Source: Tubulanus polymorphus
Taxonomy: Eukaryota; Animalia; Nemertea
Reading direction: 5' to 3'
Assembly: GCF_964204645.1 (NCBI RefSeq)
Contig: NC_134029.1
Location: forward strand, 2,666,001 to 2,730,000
Length of the DNA stretch: 64,000 nt
Below the pieces are notes generated by a model. That model was not told the DNA's origin. It worked only from the letters and a program-made list of their open reading frames with translations, and ran no database searches. The translations under genes and the position numbers were made by a program. Below, piece by piece: positions 37,130-51,118 of the stretch (positions are counted from its first letter, which is position 1; each line of letters starts with the position of its first letter).

Positions 37130-40100
37130 ATGCCTAAGTTTGGTAATTCGCTATTCGGGGTGTCTACGTTCTACGCGGCTAGTTTACCTAATGATAAATG
37201 TGGAGCAAATGGTTTACCTCTGACTCCTAATTCCATCAAAATACTCGGTAGATTTCAATACTTAAAAACATTCGAACATCCGAACTGCTGCGTTTATCTG
37301 GATCTGATTCGCTCTAAACACGGTGAGTGTGATTGTGATTATCCTCCAACTCTGCCACCATCCTCGACAGGGATACGAACCATGGCAGATTCTGACCATT
37401 GCCATGGTGTGAAACCTAGTCTAGTACCTAGCCGTCGTTCCTCAAACAACCGTAGGGAACTGGTAACAACGACTGGTATTCAGACTATGTGAAACCCTAC
37501 CTAATGAGCCCCAGTGCACAGATACAGTTGCAGGTTGCGGCACCAATCTGATGACCTGTTGTATAATCTAATTTCACAGATAACTATAAATGAAATAACC
37601 CAGGCTAAAATATGATTTCTTATTGGCTACTAATGACATCATCCAAGCTGCACTGAAAACCTGCACATTTGGGCTTATGAAGCAGGTTTTTTGCCATTGC
37701 CTAATGTCGATGCCATCAGGTTCTAATCTCTGCTGAGGGAGGATGTACGTACTTTAGTACAAATGATGGATATGTTTATGTTTAATTGTTGTATGTACGA
37801 TTATATTGCAGAGAGAATCAGTATCGTCTCCGAATATTATGATAATAATCTGGCAATTGAAATGAAATCTGGTTTATACAGCAAGTAAGTTATACTGGAT
37901 TCTACTTCACTAATACTTGATCAACCATCTCCTTGATCACTGTACGATTGCGGTCTAAACCCTCGTAAAATTCTACGCACCAATACTGAGTAAGACTATG
38001 TGAAATACAGTACATTCTTGTATCTTACTGTGGTCAAGTTGAAACTACGTGTAGTTTTTACCCTGAGTTGGGATCATATACTAAGAAAGAGTTTGAAAAA
38101 GACATTAGACTCTGTCTCAAAGTATTTATTCTTAAAGCGTAAATGTTTACTGAATGTGGTTTTTTTAAAATTATTTCAGTGAATCAATGTTGACTGGTCT
38201 TGCGTTTAATGTTCTACAAGCTCTAAGTTATATTCATCAAAAAGGACTGACACATTGTAATCTATCACCTGAAAATATTCTATTAGATCCAACGGGTCGT
38301 GTGAAATTATCGAATTATGGATTATATCATATGACAGGACATGGGACTGATGTAGCGTTTCCTATCGGGTAGGTTTGAATACTACATCATGAAGTTTTTG
38401 GGACGTGTTAGGAATGTTGATCAAGGGACAGTTGCTCAAAAGTTTGTTGAAGTTGCCCTTCAGATAGATACCGTAGTAACAATGTCAACAAGTCAGTTAT
38501 CCATCTGCCCATTCTACGTTCCTACAACTCATGAATTTGGAGCAACTAGCCCTTGAATATCAACGGTGATATCGTTATTTTGTCCTGACATTTTAGTGAA
38601 TGTGAATATATGTCGCCTGAAACAATAGCTATGGGTCGACCTACGGCTCACGATACAGAGGAACCAATACCTCGTATCGGTCCTAAATCAGATGTCTGGT
38701 CTCTCGGTATGGTGCTTTTGGAGACATATTTGGTAAGTAGATGGCTAAAGAATTTTTGAAGAGTCTGATAACTGTCGCGCACTGATGTCTCAATTTTTTC
38801 ATGTCTCATAGGGAATAAAACTTTATTCAAGTTTAACGGTCAAACAGAAATTAAGAAAGGTGCTTTCATTCCTTACATCGAGTAAGTATGGATACTATTT
38901 CTCATCTATTTGATTCTTTAAATTAGTCGTCATTTTTTACAAATTTTAACTCGTAGATTCAGAGCCATTGGAACAAGTGCTTCATGACAATGGTTTAACA
39001 TTGAAATTGAAGGTATGATCAGTGTTTAGTTTCCTGATGAAATCTCAATGGTTTGTAAGATTTCATGTGCTATTTTGACTGATATTTTCAGGATATGCCA
39101 AAGAATCTCAGAGAATTTTTCACACTTTGTCTGACAACATCAACTTCTACGAGGTAAGACGTAGCCGAAATGCTAAAACTTCATTAGCATTCTTATATTC
39201 TGACTGAAATTCATATATTTCAGACCTACAGTTCAGACTTTGATTTGTTCAAAAATATTCAATGAAAATCGCAAAACATATGTAAGTAAAGATTACAATT
39301 TGGAAGAAACTACGCTTTGAAGATGTTTGAAATTTGATGTTTTTATCGGTTTTATTTTCGTAGGTTCCACATAAGAATGGTTATTTACCGTTAAGCGCAC
39401 AAGCTCGCAGTTTGGACCTAGAAATGCCTGTATTGGATGAGGAAAGCCTTGGGAAAGGTATAAACATTCTAGCAAACCTGTGATGTTCCATATCAAAATG
39501 CACAAGTTACTGTACAGTAAAACCTCTATAATGAACACCTTTGGGTCTGGGCAAAACGTTCGCTGTGGAAAGGTGTTAGCTATGGAGAAGTTTGAATTTT
39601 GACATCACACAATCTTGTGGTCACTCATTGCGAAGATCAATAGAAATCGTATCCTACACAGATGCACGATTCACGTATCATTTGGCTATCTAATTTTTAA
39701 CAATTTAAATCTCCACACATAATCAACACAGCAACACAACCTTACAGGTTGAAATCCATATGGCAAGTGACCAAAAATAAAAAAGATATCAATACAATAT
39801 GCAGAATACAATACGTAGAATGTCAGGAATTAATCCTTACACTCGTCAATTGACCCCCAGACATACTGGTACATGGACACTGTATGCTCTTGAGAGGTGT
39901 TCATTGTAGAGAGCTTCTCTTACTTGAAAATGAAATTTTCGTTGCGAGGAATAGTGTTCATTAGTACATAGTGGGTGTATTTGCAGAAACAGATGTGGAT
40001 CATTTAGCTGAGAGAAGTATGAGCGAGGTTTATTACCTATGGACGTTATCCGGTGGATACATAAACTCAGTGTTGAAGAAAGCCGGTTTAACTAAAACGA

Positions 40101-43100
40101 ATCCGCCGGTTACGATGATGCCTCAGTTTGTCGTTGAACAAGGAGAAATGTTCGGACAAGTGAAAGATCAGTCATCGTTGTATAATAAAACAGTGGTGGT
40201 TTTATCATTCGAACAGCTCCGACAGGTAACGCACATTTTACTTCTGAATCTAAACACCTGAGATATCCTAAAAACAGTTACATTATATATTCGTACCGAT
40301 ACATTTTATCTGACTGTACATCATCATTTATGTATATAGTGTTATTGTAGTGAAAAATTCAATAACTTTGATTAGAACTTAATGCCTTTTTCTGTAGAGA
40401 TTGGAAAATCTGGATGAAACGGCGTATTACCCACTGTTAGAGGGAGAAGAGTAAGTACAGATTCAAACGCCCTGTTGAATTATTATGTTATTTAGGAATT
40501 TTACCCACTTTATTGTTTTTCAGTTCATTTTTACCTCACAATAATGGTAATCACAGCGCAGGAGGACTGCCCACTTCACCGAGTATAGCTAGTCTTAACG
40601 AGACGGCTTCACTACCGACTAATATCAAAGAAAAAGATATTGAATATCAGGTACTCAATCAGTTAAAACGACACTCATCTAAACACATTGTGTACTTTCA
40701 AACGTTGAAATCTAACTTCATTTTGATACACGGATGAACTTATTTCAATTCAACGATTAAGAGTTGTTTATTTTATTCTGTTGTAGTTTCATCGTATAAT
40801 ATTGTACGATCGTTTGTTAATCGGCTACCCTCATAAACGCCCACAGATCTGGAAGGAAGCTCGAGTTGATGTACCTCCACTCGTCCGTAATCTTGTCTGG
40901 GCTGCTCTTCTTGAAGTTGAGGTATATAGGTTACTAGACAAACTTCTTACGCCTAAGAATTTATCCCTTAGATGTAAGAGTTTTATCTCAGTAATTCTTG
41001 GAGATACTGCGCTCACCACTGCTGATTGCCTCTAATTATCATGTGCCCCGGACTTTGATTGCCTCTGATTATTGTGCTCCCAGGACAAAATATTTGAAAT
41101 TGACCTCCAATTTACTTGAGGATGACCCATCACTAACCCTTGAGTTTTATGAATGTGGTATATCGCTGTTTTTTCACACAGGGCGACTACCAAGAAAAAT
41201 ACGACGCAATTGATAAAGAAACACCTACAGCAACAGACAGACAGATAGAGGTTGATATTCCGCGTTGTCATCAGTACGACGAAATGTTATCTTCACCGGT
41301 CGCTCACGCAAAATTCAAACGTATTCTAAAAGCGTGGGTCGTCAGTCATCCGCAATACGTTTACTGGCAAGGATTAGATTCTCTTTGCGCGCCATTCCTT
41401 TACCTTAACTTCAACAACGAAGGTAAAAAACCAGTCGATTCATTACAGTAGTACCTCTTATACTCGGACATGTGCTGCTAAAACTAAGACTTCTGACTAA
41501 TTCAAAAAATGAAATAATCTTCTCAGATCAATTTTGCCATTGGTTCCAGTTTGTCTGAGTTAGGTGAGATTATTGTGTAAAGAAGTGGATGTCTTTGTCT
41601 TATTGAAGTGTAAATGGGTGCCTCGGGCTTTATATTTCAGCACTCGCCTATACCAGTCTGACGAAGTTCATTCCAAAATACCTGAATAAATTCTTCTTGA
41701 AGGATAATTCACTGGTTATAAAAGGTGCGACAAAAACTCCGTAGTTTTTCGTATACAACAAGGTGAAATATTAAATGTAATCTATATTTTGTTCTATTTG
41801 TAGAGTATTTAACGGTATTTAGTCATTTGATTGCATTCCATGATCCTGAGTTGAGTACACATCTTGATGGTATTGGATTCATTCCTGATGTAAGTCAGAC
41901 TCTAGATTTTTCATGAAATGAACTGAAATTCATTCAGTTTCTGTTAAATACGGCAATATTGTTGTAATGTTTTACAGCTGTATGCTATACCGTGGTTTCT
42001 GACGATGTATGCTCGTAAGTATCCTCTCTCCGCTTTCAACTCAGCTGAAAACTAGTCAACCCCAAATTAGTGATTGATGATTTTGGCTGTAAATAGAGTA
42101 ATAAATATCTTCTAAACAAAAACCTGGCTTTAGACGAGTGTAGTGGGGTTATCAGGCGGGCTCTGTATTGGGAGTTGATTGTTATGTATTTTCCCTAGTG
42201 AATCAACTGTTTTGATATTTGATTTCAGACGTTTTTCCTCTACACAAGATATTTCACCTGTGGGACACGTTATTACTGGGTAATTCATCGTTCCCGTTGT
42301 GTATCGGAGTAGCGATATTAGAACAGTTGAAACTGCAGCACAACCTCCTGTCTCACGGGTTTAACGAATGTATTTTACTATTCTCTGATATGCCTCGTAA
42401 GTCAATGCCGTTTATTCGTTCAGTTTCGTTATTAGTCAGTGATTAATGCCAGGAGTCTCGTGTTCTATCAGCATTTCTCATTCTTACAGAAATCGTAATC
42501 GAGAGATGCGTTCAGGATTCTATTAAGATATTTTGTAACACGCCGAAAAGTTCAACGTATCGACAGTACGCGCGTCCCGCTAAACGATCACCAGGGGGAG
42601 CTACAGATCGTCATTCTTACTATTCACAGGACTATCACGATTTGCCGGTTAATGAATTGGTGAGTACCACGAGTTAATGCGAATACATCAAGGCTTAACT
42701 CATCTAGAAATTCTCACTCTTTTCTGAATTTATTTTCGCAGTCGATGGAACCGGTTCCTCTAGAGGAACTACGCGAAGAGAAATGTCCTCGAATATCGGC
42801 TGAAGATCTGGTCGAGTTGGGTGAACTGATCGGACCAGTCGCGTCGAAGAGTCCCACAAAAAAATCCAAATCTAGTCGTCCGAAAATATTAATGATCGAT
42901 GTTCGAAGTCACGATGAGTAAGTAAAAAGTTTTATTGAGTAGTTACTAAACTCTGAGTAATGTAGAGTCTACAGTCTACTAAACTCTGAGTAATGTAGAG
43001 TCTACAGTCTACTAAACTCTGAGTAATGTAGAGTCTACAGTCTACTAAACTCTGAGTAATGTAGAGTCTACAGTCTACTAAACTCTGAGCAATGTCGAGT

Positions 43101-43962
43101 CTACAGTCTACTAAACTCTGAGTAATGTAGAGTCTACAGTTTACTAAACTCATGTACTAGACTAATGTAGGGTCTTTAAGGACTGATAATATCTGGATTA
43201 AACATATTTTACGATCAAACCCATTAAAAAGGTTGTCACCGTAAAAGTCACCTCATCATTTATCACTATTTGAGTCCCAATTTGTATTTCCGATTAAATT
43301 AACAAATCGTAAGTCGTCATAAGTATTCGACATAATGATCTTCCCAAATGTAATAAAAAATGCTAGTTTTACTGGGCATCTATGTATAGGTGGACCATTT
43401 AATGATATCCCATTTAGATCAAAATCCAGATAAAACTGATCTGAATTAAGATCATGGCCTGTAGCTCAGCAAGGGAGGGTAGATACTTTTTCCCCCCCTT
43501 AAAAGTGGAGTGAACCCATCTTTTTTATCAGTGGATTTGAAAGTAGTGCAAATTGTCATTTTCTTTGTTATTCACCTGATGTGAATGAGTTGTTTTATAT
43601 TTCAGTTATCAGCGAGGTTGTATACCTAACAGTATAAACCTACCGTATTCAACGGCATTTAATTCCGATAAAGATTTGAACCCGTGCGCCGCCGTACATT
43701 TGCTCAACTCGATGAAAGCACAGGTTAAAGTGATCATCGGAAACCGAGGAAAGAATGCCGTCTTCGTAAGTTTGAAAATGAATGAAATCTCTTCGAATTT
43801 CAAGTATTGATAGATTATTGTTAATTCATGAGGTTGTTTTTCGATTTTCAGTTTGCGAATGAATTAGTTCGACTCGGTTATAGTAAAGTGTGTATTCTGC
43901 ATAAAGGAATCGATGTTTTCACTTATACAAACGTTTTAATAGTTCCTTCACACGATTTATAA
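37130..43962 (+). CDS. TBCK: TBC domain-containing protein kinase-like protein (pseudokinase + TBC/RabGAP + rhodanese-like), many small exons
   Basis: [24 protein letters not shown] (exon 37130-37322); [36 protein letters not shown]; [15 protein letters not shown]; [21 protein letters not shown]; [22 protein letters not shown]; [24 protein letters not shown]; rhodanese-like IDVRS...[10 protein letters not shown]; last exon [21 protein letters not shown]...HDL* ending at 43962. Confidence 0.97.
37417..37487. mobile_element. 71-bp mini-MITE of the same family with 9-bp TSD
   Basis: Flanked by TGTGAAACC at 37408-37416 and 37488-37496; shares gtaacaacgactggtattcagacta with the 36809 copy. Confidence 0.82.
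38424..38553. mobile_element. short TIR MITE, representative of a family with GGGCCCAGTT(G/T)C-like ends
   Basis: agggacagttgctcaaaa / tttggagcaactagccct inverted ends; similar-ended ~100-150 bp elements at ~20581-20730, ~29558-29690, ~31187-31285 and ~44041-44175. Confidence 0.55.
39515..39920. mobile_element. Tc1/mariner-pogo (Tigger-like) non-autonomous element
   Basis: TA|CAGTAAAACCTCTATAATGAACACCT left TIR; degenerate right TIR AGGTGTTCATTGTAGAGAGCTTCTCT|TA; located in a TBCK intron. Confidence 0.6.
42944..43151. repeat. 33-bp minisatellite, ~6 copies, in a TBCK intron
   Basis: Unit tactaaactctgagtaatgtagagtctacagtc, near-identical copies, no spacers. Confidence 0.95.
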
Positions 43963-45086
43963 GTAGTAAACTCTGAATGAACGCAGGGAGGAGAGGATTG
44001 GCTCGATTTGAAGAAGCCTAGAGTTGTCTCATGTGAACATGGCCCAGTTGCACTCCTGGCTTCTAACAGTGGGCTTGAATCTTAAAATTCGTCTTAAGTT
44101 ATTATAGATTCACTAGTTAACTCAGGGCAGGGTCTTAGACCTGGTCTTGAATCTGAGCCATGACTGCAACCGGCCTTTGAGTTAGAATGAAACCTTATTT
44201 TAGTCGAACCCTTGTGAACAGAGGGTTTCACGCTTTGGGAATCTGCACACTTGCTTGGGTTTATAGAATATCACAATCAAACTTAACCACAAACCACTTG
44301 TCTCCATTAGATTCTTTGAGTGAAGATATGTTCAGCATTTGTAAATCTTTATACATGATATTTGAAGAATTTTACCAGATTAAGCCTAAGGCAGATTTTT
44401 GGGGTGTGGGTAGCTCTGTGTGGTAGCTGTATTTATTGTTGTTGAAATTAGGAGATTGTTGGTATATAGAATGAAGCAATTATACGGAACTTAACGATAT
44501 ATAATTTTGTACGATCACAACATGTAAGCGGTCACTCGGCAAAAATAATCCATAAAAAACTAGTTGTTGAATGTTTATATGATGATAATGCAACCATCAT
44601 CGTGTTCATGTTTTTTTTCTACTCTGATCTGATTGAAATGAATTAAAATGCATTAATTGTTGATGGTGTAATCATGTGATAATAAAAATCTGTTTATATT
44701 AAATGAAAATGTTCTTAAGTGTTTTTTTAAATCATTATCTTTGGTTGGAACATGTTTTGAGGATCTTCCTTGTTTGAAAGCTGGAAACCTTGATTGCCAG
44801 AGGAAGTCTTATTTTTAGTGTAAGAAAATCCGCTAACGATGAGCATTGCGGCAGCACTTGACGGTATAGTGTGACTAATGATGCGTCGTTTTACGTGTCC
44901 TGCGCCTGGTCAACTACTTCTCGTAATTAACTATCGTCTAAAATAAAATCTTCATAAACCTTTTTGCATAGCTTCTAGTACCTGGCAGATGGCGCTTTCA
45001 ATCCAATTTGCATAGATTTCAATTATAGAATTTGATTGGATAACGCATTACTTATAACGTTGGTATTGTAACCGATACCCGTGTAT

Positions 45087-46163
45087 TCAGAGCAGTTTGT
45101 TAATCTCAAAATCATTTTCATCTGTATTTCTTTCGGTGTCTTTAAGTGACAGAGGCTGCGTCGAAAAGCCATTAATTCTCTTCACAAATATTTGATAAGT
45201 GAGTTTGATTTCCTTTGTCTGACAGTCTTCACTCAGCTCTCGCGTGCATCGACCGCGAATCATTTCCCTGAATCTATAAAAAGTAACGGGTTAAAACATT
45301 AATTTCCGTATTAGACGATATCTGTGTTGAGCAGTACAAACGAAATAAATGGTATAGTTCAAAGAAAAAATATGCGTGTCTTATTTCTGCGGTGTCTATA
45401 ATGTCGTATGATTGTGAGCATTTTTGAGCGAACGTTTTCTGGAAGCCTCTACACCTTAATCAATATGGCTAATTAATATTCAGGTAAACTCGTGGAGCCT
45501 CCTTCGCGTTTCTCCTTGGAGTGGAAAAATCGGAAGTTCACAACACGAATTAAAGGTAAAACCCTGGATGTCCTCAGACAGCGAGGCTGAGATAAATTAG
45601 ACTTCACTTAATCAGACAACACTGCGACGATGACGGTTGACCCTCAGTGTCTGTATATATCAAAACTTTATGATTGCTGTAAGGAACCTTGTAACTTTTT
45701 AGTTGATGAGAATCAGGACAAGACTAGAAAGAAAAACGACAACGTTTACTGAATCATGATATCGTATACGTATTTCTGAACCATTCATTTTCTTTGTATT
45801 GTTTTCATTAATTTGATATTTCATTTTATGCGTATTTTCTACTTTATTTTGCCGAACTTATTTGAGCTGATGACGTCACGGACCGCACGAATAACAAACT
45901 AGCCGGGTGAAGGTCAGAGTATATACATACATCTTATAAATCATTTGTTGCGCTGAACTATAATTACAGGAGCGATCAGTTCCAAAAACCCTCATAATCT
46001 GCTCACATGGACACTCGACACTCGAGGGATGGTGCTAATAAGACATCAACAGGGAGTCGTTATCTCTAGATAATCCAATATTGTCGCGCATGCTACTCGG
46101 TCAAACTCACGAATCATTAACGATGTAGCGGGCATGCAGATTACTAGAATGGCTGCCGATCAT
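45087..46163 (-). CDS. possible two-exon small ORF (79 aa), product unknown
   Basis: 46163-46111 (MIGSHSSNLHARYIVND, TC|GTGAGT donor) joins in phase to 45273-45087 (tttttatag acceptor; FREMIRGRCTRELSEDCQTKEIKLTYQIFVKR...NKLL*). No family recognised. Confidence 0.25.
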
Positions 46164-48082
46164 TTGCGGATAAGATGATTCGGAAAAACATTAGTTTTAG
46201 AAAAATCGCAGTATCTATTGAAGAAAATGCAGGAATTTCGCAGGAGTCGGTGATTAGATTTTAATTCTAATTCTGGAAATTTCCAAGAAACGATTATAAA
46301 TCTTTATTCTGTTATGAATAATCCAGTTATACTATCAATCTTTTTGATCTCGGGGGTTGTTTTTGCTGTCGTCGCAGTGTATTAAATCAAGCGGCGTTAA
46401 GTTAAATCTATTTTCAAGTCAAACACTTTGTTGTGGCGGTAAAATGCGATTAGCACAACTGAGAAAATCGACGAATTTGCAAATTTGACAACTGCGGCTT
46501 GGGGGATAGGAGAGAAATGTGAAAATTACCGATTGATTTAATCCTAACTTCGTTTTGATGACGGTTCAATGAAACACTTCAGTCATTACGCGCATTCATA
46601 ATGTGGTGGTACATGTGACATTTATACTCGCATATATCGGTATATAAGTCGTTCTGCATAAAAGTTACACTTTCCATTGATTTATTAATATCAAATAAAC
46701 TTGACTTACATAACTTAACAGCAATCCTTTTAAAACTATTTCAGATTGAATGAAGACTATAAAAGCACAGCAAGACATTAACACGAACATGAAACGCGCT
46801 CCAATCTAGGCCTATTATAACCATTGATGAAACACTGTCTCTATTGCTGAACGATGACATAAATGTATATTACTGGGATATAAGTCGAATGATTTTAGAC
46901 TTTTTAATGCGGATTTTCATCTTAAGCTTCGCCGTTTTTGTAATCTCTTATAAACACGGCTGCGCCCCTATAGTTTTAATTAACTAGACGGCGAGATCTG
47001 TTTTCTTTTTATTAATTCAGGGTTTATGGATTTCGAGACAATTCAAACAACACGAGTAAATACAAGCATCTGGAAGTCGATTTAAGTGAAAGAAAGCTAA
47101 ATGAAAAGTGGCAAACATTGCGTAGCCAACTCGTTAATATTCATAGTGTGAATTTAAGATTGATGTCGCTGGTTTTTCGCTGGTGACGACAGAGATATTT
47201 TTGTCCTACGCGGTGGCCCGATGGTTGCTCTGACGCTCTACGCGAACAGTGATGAATAATTCCGCGAACGACGTAGTTTTAATTATGTATTTAGCGGCAC
47301 AGACAAGCCGATTAACGTGGATTAATCCGGGGATTTACTCGCCTTCCAATAGTTAAACCTTCAGTACAAGACATGCCTGGAATATTCAGGCTTAAAAGCA
47401 TAAATACCTTCCTTGACTTGGATGAACGAAGATCGATTTCATATTGTTCTTATTTTGAAGGGATTGCTGCAACAGTTAAATCATTTTCTTTTTAAGTAGA
47501 GAAATTTTAAGGCAAATCTGTCTTTTACTTATTTTGATTAACAAATACGTTTCTTAGTAATTTAAGGTACGTAGACTCAACATAGCATTGTATGAAAGGA
47601 CCCTTTAACTCACTTCTACATATTAGTGCACTTGTTCCATTCCCCAGTTCTTTGACTCTATTGAGTAAAAACATCGAAAATGAACTTACTTTAACTCCTA
47701 GATAACTTTAACTCACGGAACCGGGCCCTAAATGCTCTGTTAGCCAACAGACAACCAAGAACGACTTTACATACCCTCGCGTGGGTCTATTTTGCCATAA
47801 GGTGACTTAATATGGTGTTGCACCAATCCCTTCAATCTAACATGTTCATTGTTTTATTTACATTTCGTAATTTCGAAACATCATACGCATATCCCTGGTT
47901 TTACGAGGATAATGACACGGTATAAGAAGTTTTACTTGTTTTACAACCAGGACCCTGGGAGAGTTTTATACGGCATACTGAAGGACACCTGTATCGGTTG
48001 GTTTTAAACTGCGCATCGTTCCCAAAGCGATATGAAGAGTATAATGCAATAACTATCAATAATGTAGCAAATAGATTGCAAT

Positions 48083-48412
<330 letters not shown>

Positions 48413-51118
48413 TCGTTTCTATTCAATTCCCTTTCCATTATTGATAGAAGGTTTATGGCTTGAAAAAAACATACGCACGAAATTGACCCGTAAAATGATG
48501 GAAGGGTACTCGAGTACGATGGCAGATTTATAGAAAATATGGAAAACCTTTTGTCGAAAAAATGAACCAAAATCTGGGAATCCTGACGACGCTATATTCT
48601 ACACTCAGCCTTTGAGATTGCTGTAAATAAACAGAGATTCTATGATTGCGATGCAAGTAATTTTTGATCGTTAGAATCTAATCTTATTTCGATCTCATTT
48701 GACAAAGAAATCTAAACAAAATGCTTTCAACTGTGTTATAGGTATTTGTACGGAGACGCGAGTGCCCGGTATTGAGAGTGTGATTACACGGGTGAGTGCA
48801 TGTTCAGCGAATAAACATAGAAAACAACAAACAATTTGTTTGATGAACAGGAAATTACTGTGACAGTTTAAGACAGGATCCACACCTCTTCAGTCTGATA
48901 ACCTTTCAGTTTCTTACTGCACAGTAGAGAACAACATCTTCACTTACTGTGTCGTGAGATTCTGTTGGCTTTCTCGTGGGTTGGTTGGGCAGAAAGGGGT
49001 CAACGGAGTTATCGATAAATCATTCTGTATTCAAAAGTTGTGAAATGTTTTTTTTATAAATTCTAATTATTTCACTATTATGCAACGCTTCATTAGTGAG
49101 ACTCTGTACGACCCTTTGCAGGAACACGTTTAACATATCGTTATTACTGCAACATGTCTTTGAAGTGTACTAGTGGCCGGGTATAATAGCCGGAGGATGG
49201 AGGAGAGATGACGACATGTTGTTTCAGTGATCGCGGAGGCTATCATACACGGGTTTGTGTAAAATACACGCTGTCTCTAACACGTACTGACGACATATTC
49301 GCTAATTAGACGGACAACAACGTGAGTAAGGTACTGTATCGTATCGAACGAGTGAGGGGACATCTTGTCAAGTCGTTATTTGGAAAATAAGAAATCCGAG
49401 CGCAAATGAGTAGCTGGTGAAGCGTCGTAGCATTGGCTATGATTAATATATAAAAAATTGGAAGCACGGCGAGTTTAAGTATAAAGAGATGACAGAGGGA
49501 GGATATGGGGGGGGATAGATAGGACGAGAAGACGGACGGAGAAGGAAGGGGGTCAACAAGAGGAGGAGAGACCGGGGGCTGAGTTGAGGGAATGGATATC
49601 TCGCTGAATAATGATATATAAGTCAATGTGGTTTTAGCTAATGATAGAACTGGTCAATATCACCGTTCGGTCAGAGTCAGAGATTCTCAGATAAATCTGT
49701 GACAAATTAGATGCACATTCACCTGTCTATCAGTTAATAGTTCTCACAGTTCTTACCACGGGTTAGTTCTCATATTCCTGCGGTGATCTGTTATTTTTTT
49801 ATGAATTAAATCGATGTGCTGCGCTGGAAATTGGTACGTATCCTATACCAAAGCTATCGCGAAGGCGTCTGCTGAGACATATTTCAGTTTTTATTGAAGA
49901 ATTACTCGTTTGGCTTGATACGCGTATTGTTATGATGACTTAAAGGTCATAAGTCAGAGCTGTTATCAGTATCAACGAAAAAACCCAGCGTACGACCGGC
50001 CGCCGATCCCCCGCCATTACAACTACAAAAGACGGGAAATATATATTGGAAAAAAGCAATTTCTGGTGGATAGTGGTCGGATAGAATGCGCGTACGGGAG
50101 GCTTAATGAAGCGAGAGGATGGGCTGATTGAACATAATAGAACCACTGCAGTGGTCTCTGATACAGACTGAGGTCTTGAGGTCTTTGGGACTTCTTTTAA
50201 TTAGTCAAAGCATACATTCTTTCTTTTCCGGTTGGTCTGATTAGACAGAGCAGTTTTTGTGCCGTATAGATTATATCTAGGTGGTGAGGTTGGTTGGATT
50301 GAATAAAAATAAAAGTCAATTAACCGTCGAGTTCATTTAGACGTGAAATTTGCCGGTCATTATGATCATATTACACGCGGTCAGAGTAATAAATATCGTC
50401 GGTGAGTGAAGGGAGAATGGCGCCGAGGAACCATCGGGGGAAAGAGAGAAACAAAACGGGAAGAAAAGAACACTCAACCAAAAACCTTTCCAGACGTAAC
50501 AAGATCTATTTTACGGTGGCCGGCCTCCTATTATGTTTTGGCTACTGCCATATCAACTTCAACAGTAATCTGAATACTAATCCTGCGGGAGTCTCCGAGC
50601 GCACGGGTTTCAGATGATCCGGGATGGACTCGGATTATTGTTACTCGTGTTATTAGATCCATTAACTCGGCGACAAGATCATTTGTAAAGATTAGTAAAT
50701 CTTACACCATTGACCAAAAATAAAGCACACTTCTGCTGCCACTGGAAGTGTTTATGACTGAGGCTGATGATTCCACCCCCTCATTCTGTCGAGGAATCCC
50801 GTAATCAGATTATCAATCAGTTGTCCATGAAGTTCTTTCTAAACTCTTGAATACTTTAACAGGGTGATGGAAGTTACAGGACTCAGCAACTCAAGTGGAA
50901 TTTATTAGATATATATGACATGTCCCTTATCGTTATTGTTCGCATTACTTTCATGATTTAAACTAAAAAGCGGAATTCTATAAGTAAATGTTGCTACTGA
51001 TTCGACTTGTTCGACTCCACAAAATGTAATAATACAAAGCTTCTGGAAATATGCCATGTTGTGTGGTGGCAGTACACTCGCTGCGACTCAGTGAAACAGT
51101 AACGTTTACAACACGAAC

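Noticed and set aside
38187-38372. Broken kinase motifs (HCN for HRD, NYG for DFG) as evidence of a pseudogene
   Set aside because: TBCK's kinase domain is an established pseudokinase, and the exons checked are intact and in frame.
42932-43153. CRISPR-like array or repeat-protein ORF ([11 protein letters not shown])n
   Set aside because: Head-to-tail 33-bp units without unique spacers, in a eukaryotic intron, with no cas genes: a minisatellite.
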